64,000 bases of DNA from Solirubrobacteraceae bacterium (GTDB taxonomy: Bacteria > Actinomycetota > Thermoleophilia > Solirubrobacterales > Solirubrobacteraceae): positions 9,679 to 73,678 of the forward strand of contig DASXDD010000028.1 in the NCBI GenBank assembly GCA_036490775.1. Reading direction: 5' to 3'. Positions 56,724 through 64,000 of the stretch are shown one piece after another (position 1 is the first letter of the stretch; every line of letters begins with the position of its first letter). A program made the translations under genes and the position numbers. The notes beneath the pieces are model-generated. The model was not told the origin of the DNA and did not search any database. It saw nothing but the letters and a program-made list of their open reading frames with translations.

Positions 56724-57464
56724 TCAGCGCCAGCGCTCGAGCAGGTCTTCGTCCCCGACGCGGCGCACGACCCGGGCCGGGATCCCGATCACGACCTCGC
56801 GCTCGCCGACGTCGCGCGTCACGACCGCGCCGGCGGCGACGAACGCCTCGACGCCGACCTCGACGCCAGGCACCAGCACGGCGCCGCCTCCGACCCGGCA
56901 CGCGCGGCGAAACGCTACTCCGCGCAGAGCCTCGCCCTTCGGGTGGCGCGCCATCGAGTGGTCGTTGGTCGTCACGACACCGGGACCGAGGAACACGTCG
57001 TCTTCGACGATCGAACCGGCAGTCACGTACACGAGGGTCTGGATCAGCACGCGCTCGCCGACCACGACGCCGAAGTCGACCGTCGACCCGCGTCCAACGA
57101 CCGACCGCGATCCGATCACGGCGCGCTCGCGGATCTGCGTCTGGTCGCCGATGATCGCGCCGGCGCCGATCCGCGCGCCTGCGTAGACGACGGCCCCGCA
57201 GCAGACCGTCGCGCCGGCATCGATCACGAGCGGATCGAGCTCGCCGCCGGCCGCGCTGGACCCGGGGCGCAGCCGCGGCCGCTTGCCGAGCACGACGTGG
57301 TCCTCGATCACGCACCCGTCCGCGATCTCGGTCCCGGCGTGAACGACCGTCAGCGAGCCGACCCGCGAACCGGCGCCGATCCTGACGTCGTCGTGAAGCA
57401 CGGCCCCGGGGCCCACGACCGCGTCCGGCGCGACGACGGCCGTCGGCGCCACGTACGCCTGCAC
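56724..57464 (-). CDS. Hexapeptide-repeat N-acetyltransferase (WbpD/WlbB-like)
   Basis: Left-handed beta-helix repeats, VFLGPGVVTTND, AGAVVTRDV, GIPAR; GTG start shares a base with the upstream TAG. Confidence 0.88.
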   Translation of the reverse strand: MQAYVAPTAVVAPDAVVGPGAVLHDDVRIGAGSRVGSLTVVHAGTEIADGCVIEDHVVLGKRPRLRPGSSAAGGELDPLVIDAGATVCCGAVVYAGARIGAGAIIGDQTQIRERAVIGSRSVVGRGSTVDFGVVVGERVLIQTLVYVTAGSIVEDDVFLGPGVVTTNDHSMARHPKGEALRGVAFRRACRVGGGAVLVPGVEVGVEAFVAAGAVVTRDVGEREVVIGIPARVVRRVGDEDLLERWR

Positions 57465-58471
57465 TACCGCACTCGCAGGGAGCCGTCGAGCGAGTGCTGC
57501 AGCTCCTCGAGCACCCGGACCACGCGCAGGCCGCTTTCTCCGTCGGAGCGCGGGCGCTTGCCGTCGCGCACGCATTCGACGAAGTGCTCGCATTCGACGC
57601 GCAGCGGCTCGCGGTTGGGAATCCGAGGGGAGAAGATGTCGCCCGAGCGGGTGATGTACTCGCCGTAGCCGCGCGAGGCCTCCTCGAAGCCCTTGTCGTA
57701 GATCGTCAGCTTGCCCTCGAGCGCCATGTCGTCGAACGTCGCCATCCGGCGCGAGCCGACGATCGTGAACCGGCGCTCCTTGTGCGGGTCCAGCCACGAA
57801 AGGTGCAGGTGGGCCGAGAGGCCCGACGGGAACCGCAGGAAGCAGAACACGACGTCCTCGACGCCGTCGCGGACGTAGGACTCGCCGCGGGCGATCACCT
57901 CGTTGGGCTCCTCGCCCGCGAGATACAGGAGCACCGACACGTCGTGGGCGCCGAGGCTCCAGAGCGCGTTCTCGTCGGCACGGAGCTTTCCGAGGTTCAG
58001 CCGGTTGCCGTAGATGTAGTAGATCTGGTCGCCGAGTTCGCCGGAGTCTGAGAGCTCCTTGAGCTTCTGGACGCCGGGGTGGTACTCGAGCAGGTGGCCG
58101 ACCATCAGCGTCATGCCGGTGTCCTGCGCCGCGTCGACCGCGCGCTGCGCATCGGCGACCGACTGCCCGAGCGGCTTCTCGACGAAGCAGTGCTTGCCCG
58201 ACTCGAGCACGCGCACCGCGAGGTCGGCGTGGGTCGGCACCGGCGTCGCGAGCACCACCGCGTCGACCGCGGGATCGTCGAGCACCTCGGCGAGGTCGCC
58301 GGTGAACTGCGTCCGCGGATACTGGCCCGCAAACCGTGCGCGTGCCTCCTCCGACGCGTCGCAGCACCAGGCGAGGTCGCAACCCTCGATCGAGGCGAAG
58401 TTGCGCGCTAGGTTCGGGCCCCAGTAGCCGAGCCCTACGACCGCGATTTGAAGTCGATCGCCGTCAGTCAT
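57464..58471 (-). CDS. Gfo/Idh/MocA oxidoreductase (WbpB/WlbA-like)
   Basis: GLGYWGPN, FVEKP, MVGH, HD. Confidence 0.92.
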   Translation of the reverse strand: MTDGDRLQIAVVGLGYWGPNLARNFASIEGCDLAWCCDASEEARARFAGQYPRTQFTGDLAEVLDDPAVDAVVLATPVPTHADLAVRVLESGKHCFVEKPLGQSVADAQRAVDAAQDTGMTLMVGHLLEYHPGVQKLKELSDSGELGDQIYYIYGNRLNLGKLRADENALWSLGAHDVSVLLYLAGEEPNEVIARGESYVRDGVEDVVFCFLRFPSGLSAHLHLSWLDPHKERRFTIVGSRRMATFDDMALEGKLTIYDKGFEEASRGYGEYITRSGDIFSPRIPNREPLRVECEHFVECVRDGKRPRSDGESGLRVVRVLEELQHSLDGSLRVR

Positions 58472-58480
58472 CGGTGCGCC

Positions 58481-59551
58481 TCATGCGAGGTGCAGTGTAA
58501 GCGCAGCCAACACGTGCTCCCCCGCGTGGCCGTCGCCGTAGAGCTGCGGGCGCTCGCTCGGCGGCTCTCGCTCCAGCGCCGCCAGCGCCGCGTCTGCATC
58601 GAGGTCGACGAGCACGTTCCAGCCCAGCTCGACTGTCTCGGTCCACTCGGTGTTGGGTCTCAGCGTGACGCACTTGACGCCCGCGAAGTACGCCTCCTTC
58701 TGCAGCCCGCCCGAATCGGTGACGACCGCGCGGGCGTTGCACAGCAATGCGGTCAGCTCGACGTAGCCCAGCGGCGGCGCCAGCAACACGTGATCGGCTC
58801 GCTCGAGCCGCTCGTAGAGCCCGGCAGAGCGCAGCCGCGCGAGCGTCCTGGGATGGACCGCGAACAGCACCGGGAGCGGGATCGCGAGCAGCAGGTCAAC
58901 GAGCTGCGCCAGCCGCGCCGGCGCATCGACGTTGCCCGCCCGGTGTGCGGTGACGAGCGCGTAGCCGCCGCGTTGAAGACCGCGCCCCGTCACCAGGTCG
59001 AGGCGCTCGCGGGCGCGTGGCTGGATCGTCGACGCGACATCGACCATCACGTCGCCGACGAGCTCCACGTCGCCGCTGACGTGCTCGCGCCGCAGGTTCT
59101 CGACCGCAACCTGCGAGGGGCACAGCAGCAGGGCGCTGACGTGATCGACGACTACGCGGTTGAGCTCCTCGGGCATCGAGCGGTCAAACGACCGCATCCC
59201 GGCCTCGATGTGGGCGACCGGCACCGAGGCCTGGGCACCGGCGAGCGCGCCGGCGAGCGTCGTGTTCGTGTCGCCGTAGACGAGCACCGCGTCGGGTCGC
59301 ACCTCGCCGATCACTGGCTCGATCGCGGTCAGCATCCGCGCGGTCTGAGAGGTGTTCGAACCGCCGGAGATCCCGAGCTCCCGGTCGGGCGACGGGAGCC
59401 CGAGCTCTGAGAAGAACACGGCCGAGAGCTCGTCATCGAAGTGCTGGCCGGTGTGGACGAGAACCTCCTCGTGCGCGCTGCGCAGCGGCCCTGAGACCGC
59501 GGCGGCCTTGATGAACTGGGGACGGTTGCCGACGACGGTGAGGACCTTCAT
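58481..59551 (-). CDS. wecB: UDP-N-acetylglucosamine 2-epimerase, non-hydrolysing (WecB/WbpI family)
   Basis: GNRPQFIK, HTGQH, GDTN, HIEAGMRS, MPEELNR, TDSGGLQKEA. Confidence 0.92.
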   Translation of the reverse strand: MKVLTVVGNRPQFIKAAAVSGPLRSAHEEVLVHTGQHFDDELSAVFFSELGLPSPDRELGISGGSNTSQTARMLTAIEPVIGEVRPDAVLVYGDTNTTLAGALAGAQASVPVAHIEAGMRSFDRSMPEELNRVVVDHVSALLLCPSQVAVENLRREHVSGDVELVGDVMVDVASTIQPRARERLDLVTGRGLQRGGYALVTAHRAGNVDAPARLAQLVDLLLAIPLPVLFAVHPRTLARLRSAGLYERLERADHVLLAPPLGYVELTALLCNARAVVTDSGGLQKEAYFAGVKCVTLRPNTEWTETVELGWNVLVDLDADAALAALEREPPSERPQLYGDGHAGEHVLAALTLHLA

Positions 59552-59579
59552 CGGACCCGGCCCGGCAGGTCGGCGTGGC

Positions 59580-60383
59580 TCAACTTGCGTCGAGCTCCGA
59601 CCGGATCCGCGCCGCGACCTGCTCTGCGATTCGCTTGGTGACCGGCCCGTCGGCGCCGAAGCGGTGGTCGTCAACTGCCGCGACCGGCTGGACTTCGCGC
59701 ACGGTCGAGGCGAGGAACACCTCGTCTGCCGTCAGCAGCTCCTCAAGCGTGCACTCGCGCTCATCGGCGCCGGTCTCGTCGATCACGATGCGGCGGGTGA
59801 TCGAAGCGAGGATGTGCTCGCCCAGTGGCGGCGTCAACACGTCGCCGTCCTTGATCCAGAAGATCGAGCTCGTCGGCGCCTCGAGTACGCGGCCGTGCGG
59901 GGAGACGAGCAGCGCCTCGTCGAACCCGCGCTCGCGCGCGAGCCGCCCGGCCAGCATGTTGGCGGCATACGAAAGCGACTTGACGCCGTCGAGCACGCGG
60001 GTCGGCGCGTAGGTGATCGTCGCCAGCCGCGCGCGCTCGGGGGTCGCGGGCATCTTCTCGGTGAGCAGTAACCGTCGACCGCCGCGGGTCACGACGATCC
60101 GCAGCAGCTCGTGATCTGGGCCTGTGCCGGCGTGGGCCAGCAGCCGGTGCGAGTCCGCGCGAACCGCCTCGAGGTCGAGCGCCAAGCGCAGGTTCGACGC
60201 GGAGCGCTCAAGCCGCTGCAGGTGCTCCTCGAACGCAAACGGCCTGCCCGAGTAGATCCGGATCACCTCGAACGCGCCGTCGCCGCGCAGGAGTCCCTCA
60301 TCGGTCGCGGGGATCGTCGCCCGCGAGGCGAGCATCACCGCCCCGTCGACCGATGCCAGTGAACTCGAGAAGGTCGGGCTCAC
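59580..60383 (-). CDS. Aminotransferase class IV (PLP fold IV)
   Basis: GDGAFE, HLQRL, VKSLSY (PLP Lys), DEAL, ILASITR, ADEVFL. Confidence 0.9.
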   Translation of the reverse strand: MSPTFSSSLASVDGAVMLASRATIPATDEGLLRGDGAFEVIRIYSGRPFAFEEHLQRLERSASNLRLALDLEAVRADSHRLLAHAGTGPDHELLRIVVTRGGRRLLLTEKMPATPERARLATITYAPTRVLDGVKSLSYAANMLAGRLARERGFDEALLVSPHGRVLEAPTSSIFWIKDGDVLTPPLGEHILASITRRIVIDETGADERECTLEELLTADEVFLASTVREVQPVAAVDDHRFGADGPVTKRIAEQVAARIRSELDAS

Positions 60384-61684
60384 GCGTGTCCGTTTCCGGG
60401 CGTGACGCCCGCGAACTGCGGGCGCGTCCAGATCTCGGCGAGCCGCACGATCGTCGCCGCGGACGCGGCCATGTCCTGCAGCGAAGCCCATTCGCGGACC
60501 GAATGAAACTCGTGGCCGCCGGTGAAGATGTTCGGCGTCGGCAGTCCCATCTCGCTGAGGATCGAGCCGTCGGTGCCGCCGCGGATCGGGTTCCGCACCG
60601 GGTCGAGGCCCTCAGCGCGGATCGCCTCCTCGGCAGCCTCGGCTGCGTACGGGGCGGCGTCGAGATGGCGGCGCATGTTGCGGTACTGCGGCCGCGCGTC
60701 GAACTCGAGCCGTGCGCGCGGCTCAGCGCCGACGACCTCGTTCGCTGTGCGCTCGAGCAGCTCGACGTGGCGGTCGAGCTTTGAATCGTCGAAGTCGCGC
60801 ACGATCGCGGTCAGCTTCGCGGTGGCGGGCGTTCCCGTGAGGCTGTACGGGTGGATGAATCCTTCGCGGCCCGATGTCGTCTCCGGGGTGAGCGTGTCGG
60901 CCGGCAGCGCGGCGACGATCCGGGCGGCGAGCCGCAGGGCGTTGACGAGCTTGCCGGTCGCATGACCGGGGTGCACGTCGACGCCGTGCACGGTGATCGC
61001 GACCTCGATCGCACTGAACGTCTCGTCCTGGAGCTCTCCGATCTCCGACCCGTCGATCGTGTACGCACACAGCGCCCCGAAGCGCTCGATGTCGAACAAC
61101 GACGCGCCCAGCCCGATCTCCTCGTCGGGCGTGAACGCGATCCGCAGCCTGGGGCGCGGCAGCTCCGGGTTTGCCGCTAGATGCGCGACCGCCGCCATGA
61201 TTGCGGCGACGCCCGCCTTGTCGTCGGCGCCGAGCAGCGTGTCGCCGCTTGACGTCACGAGGTCGTGGCCGAGCTTGGGGACGAGCTCGTGCATCGCCTC
61301 GGGGTCAAGCCGCGTGCCAGCGCGCGGGAGCTCGATCACGCCGCCGTCCCACTCGCGATGCACGATCGGCTCAACCCCCTCTCCGGGCGCGTCCGGGCTG
61401 GTGTCCATGTGCGCGATCAGGCCGATCGCCGGCCCGCCGTTGGCCTCGGTCGCATCCAGCGAGGCGATCACGTAGCCGTTGGCGTCTAGCTGTGCGTCGC
61501 CGATCCCGGCCTCGTGTAGCTCGGCGACGAGCACGCGCCCGAGCTCCAGCTGGCCCGGCGTGCTCGGCGACGCGGTCCGCTCCCGGCGTGACTGGGTATT
61601 GATCCGCACGTAGCGGGTGAACCTGTCCAGCATGTCGGGCGCCAATCCTCGGGCGAGCTCAGAGGTGTATTGGGCCGGGGCCAC
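60380..61684 (-). CDS. pepT: Peptidase T (M20B tripeptidase)
   Basis: PSTPGQ, AHMDTS, LLGADDKAG, PDEEIG, IRGGTDG, FHSVREW; start approximate. Confidence 0.93.
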   Translation of the reverse strand: MAPAQYTSELARGLAPDMLDRFTRYVRINTQSRRERTASPSTPGQLELGRVLVAELHEAGIGDAQLDANGYVIASLDATEANGGPAIGLIAHMDTSPDAPGEGVEPIVHREWDGGVIELPRAGTRLDPEAMHELVPKLGHDLVTSSGDTLLGADDKAGVAAIMAAVAHLAANPELPRPRLRIAFTPDEEIGLGASLFDIERFGALCAYTIDGSEIGELQDETFSAIEVAITVHGVDVHPGHATGKLVNALRLAARIVAALPADTLTPETTSGREGFIHPYSLTGTPATAKLTAIVRDFDDSKLDRHVELLERTANEVVGAEPRARLEFDARPQYRNMRRHLDAAPYAAEAAEEAIRAEGLDPVRNPIRGGTDGSILSEMGLPTPNIFTGGHEFHSVREWASLQDMAASAATIVRLAEIWTRPQFAGVTPGNGHA

Positions 61685-61703
61685 GCCTGCAGTATTCCAA
61701 GCT

Positions 61704-61728
61704 GTTTGCCTCGCTTGCGTCCGGGTAG
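61704..61728 (+). promoter_or_regulatory. SigB/SigF-type promoter upstream of topoisomerase IB
   Basis: GTTT(61704)-N15-GGGTAG(61723), 14 nt before ATG 61743. Confidence 0.6.
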
Positions 61729-61742
61729 GCGACGGGCGGGGC

Positions 61743-62807
61743 ATGAGTACCACGGCTGCAGGCAAACGACGGTTGCGCCGCTCGGACTGTGCGGCGCCCG
61801 GGTGGGGCCGCGTCAGGCGCGGGCGCGGGTTCTCCTACGTCAATGCCCACGGCGATCCGATCGACGATCCGCAGAAGCTCGAGCGTGTCCGCGCGCTGGC
61901 GATCCCGCCGGCATGGAAGGAAGTGTGGATCTGCCCGGATCTGATGGGCCACCTGCAGGCCACCGGGATCGACGCCGCCGGGCGCAAGCAGTACCTGTAC
62001 CACGAGAAGTGGCGCGAGCACCGGGATCGGGCGAAGTTCGAGAAGATGCTGAGCTTCGGTCGGGGTCTGCCCCGCCTGCGACGCCGGCTGGCGGCTGACC
62101 TGGACGGAGCCGAGCCGACGCGCGATCGCGTGCTCGCCTGCGCGGTCCGGCTGCTGGACGTCGGCGTGTTCCGGATCGGGAGCGAGCAATACGCCGACGA
62201 TGATGGTGGCCTCGGGCTGGCGACGCTGCATCGCGAGCACGTGACCGTGCACGAGGACTCGGTCGAGTTCGACTTCCCGGCCAAGGGAGGCCAGCGACGC
62301 CGCCAGGTGATCTCCGACCCGGCGTCGTTTGACGTGGTCGCCGCGCTGCGGCGCCGGCGCGCCGGTGGTGAGCAGTTGCTCGCCTATCGCGAGCGTCGCC
62401 GCTGGCACGACATCCGCTCAGACGACATCAACGACTACGTCAAGCTCCGGCTCGGCGACGAGTTCAGCGCCAAGGACTTCCGGACCTGGAACGGGACCGT
62501 GATGGCGGCAGTGTCACTGGCGACCCACGGCCTCGACGCGAACTCAAAGTCGGCCCGCAAGCGCGCGATCAACCGGGCCGTCAGCGACGTGGCGCAGCTG
62601 CTCGGCAACACGCCCGCCGTCGCGCGCCGCTCGTACATCGACCCGCGCGTGTTTGACCGCTACCGGTCGGGTTGGACGATCGCCGGGGTGCTTGCGCGGA
62701 TCCCAGATCCGGGCGGGATCGACGACCGCGTGCGGGCGCGGGTTGAGCGCGGCGTGATCGACCTGCTCGAGGACGATCACGACTCCGCGGCGCTTGAGCG
62801 GATTTAG
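61743..62807 (+). CDS. DNA topoisomerase IB (bacterial, poxvirus-like)
   Basis: IPPAW, GHLQATG.DAAGRKQYLYH; catalytic residues in FRIG (R), AKGG (K), KDFRTW (R), LGNT (N), RRSY (Y). Confidence 0.93.
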   Translation: MSTTAAGKRRLRRSDCAAPGWGRVRRGRGFSYVNAHGDPIDDPQKLERVRALAIPPAWKEVWICPDLMGHLQATGIDAAGRKQYLYHEKWREHRDRAKFEKMLSFGRGLPRLRRRLAADLDGAEPTRDRVLACAVRLLDVGVFRIGSEQYADDDGGLGLATLHREHVTVHEDSVEFDFPAKGGQRRRQVISDPASFDVVAALRRRRAGGEQLLAYRERRRWHDIRSDDINDYVKLRLGDEFSAKDFRTWNGTVMAAVSLATHGLDANSKSARKRAINRAVSDVAQLLGNTPAVARRSYIDPRVFDRYRSGWTIAGVLARIPDPGGIDDRVRARVERGVIDLLEDDHDSAALERI

Positions 62808-63012
62808 TGTCGCGCCTCGAATCCTCGCGAACGTCTGAATCGGGACACTGGCGCAAGGCCGCCTGAGCGGGCGCCAAGCGCGCCAAGTGCGCCGCAGCGC
62901 AGGTTGTCGATCAACTTTTGCGCATGTTTGGCGGCAAGAATGGGCTTTGGGTCAGCACGCGGACCATTGGTGTGGTAAAACCGAAATTGTCTGCGAACCG
63001 GGAGGTCCAGCC

Positions 63013-63786
63013 ATGACGGTGACCCATGTGGGTCTGCCTGCACGTGCTGCTGCATCGCCGGAGCTTTTCCAGCGGTGGCGGCGCCAGAGTGATCGTCGCG
63101 CACGCGACGAGTTGATTGAGCGGTTCTTGCCGCTCGCACGCAAGCTGGCACGGCGCTACGTGCCGTCCAGCGAGCCCTACGAGGACCTGGTCCAGGTGGC
63201 CAGCCTCGGGCTGGTCAAGGCAGTTGAGCGATTCGATCCCGATCGGGGATTTGCGTTTACGTCGTTTGCGGTGCCGACGATCGTCGGCGAGCTCAAGCGC
63301 TACTTTCGCGACACCGGCTGGGCGCTGCACGTCGATCGCGGCGCGCAGGAGCGGGCTCGCAGGGTCATCGACGCCCAGCGCGAGATCAGCGGTCAGACCG
63401 GTCGGATGCCGACGATCGACGAACTGGCGCAGTTCCTCGAGATCAGCCAAGAGGAGGTTCTCGACGGTCTGCAGACCTCCGAGGCCTATGGAGCGGTATC
63501 GCTCGATGCCCCGGTCGCGGGCGACGAGGACGGGACGCCGAGCCGGCTCGAGGCGATCGGCGACGAGGACCAGCGCCTCGCGCTGATCGACGACCGGGCG
63601 ACGATCTTCGCGGCGGCGATGTGCTTGCCCGAGCGCGAGCGCCGAATCCTGTTCCTACGTTTCGGCGAGGACCTCACCCAGTCGGAGATCGCCGATCGCG
63701 TCGGTGTGTCGCAGATGCAGGTGTCGCGACTGCTACGCCGCTCACTGCAGCGACTGCGCGATCTGACTGACGATCGCCAGCCGTAG
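63013..63786 (+). CDS. SigB/SigF/SigG family RNA polymerase sigma factor
   Basis: GGAGG SD; DLVQVASLGLVKAVERFDP, FAVPTIVGELKRYFRD, TQSEIA...SQMQVSRL. Confidence 0.95.
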   Translation: MTVTHVGLPARAAASPELFQRWRRQSDRRARDELIERFLPLARKLARRYVPSSEPYEDLVQVASLGLVKAVERFDPDRGFAFTSFAVPTIVGELKRYFRDTGWALHVDRGAQERARRVIDAQREISGQTGRMPTIDELAQFLEISQEEVLDGLQTSEAYGAVSLDAPVAGDEDGTPSRLEAIGDEDQRLALIDDRATIFAAAMCLPERERRILFLRFGEDLTQSEIADRVGVSQMQVSRLLRRSLQRLRDLTDDRQP

Positions 63787-63831
63787 CGGTGCGCCGGCTG
63801 GCGATCGTCGAATAACTGCGTCTGAGCGCCT

Positions 63832-64000
63832 CTACCAGCGTCCGTACCAGCGGCGCCGGCCCATGCCGGATTCAACGCCACCGATCAGGAATCCGATCGC
63901 CCAGATGACCAGCGCGACGATCAGGATTATCCACAGGAAGTGGGCGGCGAAGCCGAGCCCGCCGAACAGGGCGAGGATCAGCAATAGAACGAGCAGTGCG
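63832..64000 (-). CDS. Small hydrophobic membrane peptide (5' end outside window)
   Basis: ...ALLVLLLILALFGGLGFAAHFLWIILIVALVIWAIGFLIGGVESGMGRRRWYGRW-stop. Confidence 0.75.
   Translation of the reverse strand, partial: ALLVLLLILALFGGLGFAAHFLWIILIVALVIWAIGFLIGGVESGMGRRRWYGRW

Noticed and set aside
62926-62954. Autoregulatory SigB-type promoter for the sigma gene
   Set aside because: GTTT to GGGTCA spacing is 19 nt, too long for the consensus

Overview
High-GC bacterial chromosomal segment, densely coding on both strands. Gene content and style suggest Actinomycetota, probably Thermoleophilia/Solirubrobacterales (inference). It is mostly core genome. In order: nitrite/sulfite reductase (partial), acyl-CoA carboxylase beta/epsilon, methylmalonyl-CoA mutase, a polar amino-acid ABC transporter, a moaD-moaE/selA/selB operon, ferritin, EPS genes, a peptide ABC operon, tRNA-Arg(CCT), a cell-envelope stretch (two GT-C glycosyltransferases, L,D-transpeptidase, CPBP protease, class A PBP, sortase, degenerate M28 membrane protein) with infA-thiL and an orphan FlgM-like gene inside it, a two-component system, an IMPase/TreT-like/OtsA cluster, rpsF-ssb-rpsR-rplI-dnaB plus a DnaC-like ATPase, a molybdoenzyme-ferredoxin reductase operon, purA, a partial diacetamido-sugar pathway, pepT, topoisomerase IB and a SigB/SigF-type sigma factor. 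No integrase, transposase, prophage or Cas gene was recognised. The best novelty candidates are: (1) a sortase directly downstream of a Gaa1/GPAA1-like pseudo-M28 polytopic protein, near PIG-V-like and GT-C transferases, which may be a GPI-transamidase-like anchoring system; (2) a Zn-finger DnaC-type ATPase linked to dnaB by a double-overlap mini-ORF; (3) a four-unit palindromic array with ~60-bp period; (4) an OtsB-less trehalose cluster with an IMPase. All calls come from motif recognition by eye, start codons were chosen by inspection, and no database search was run.
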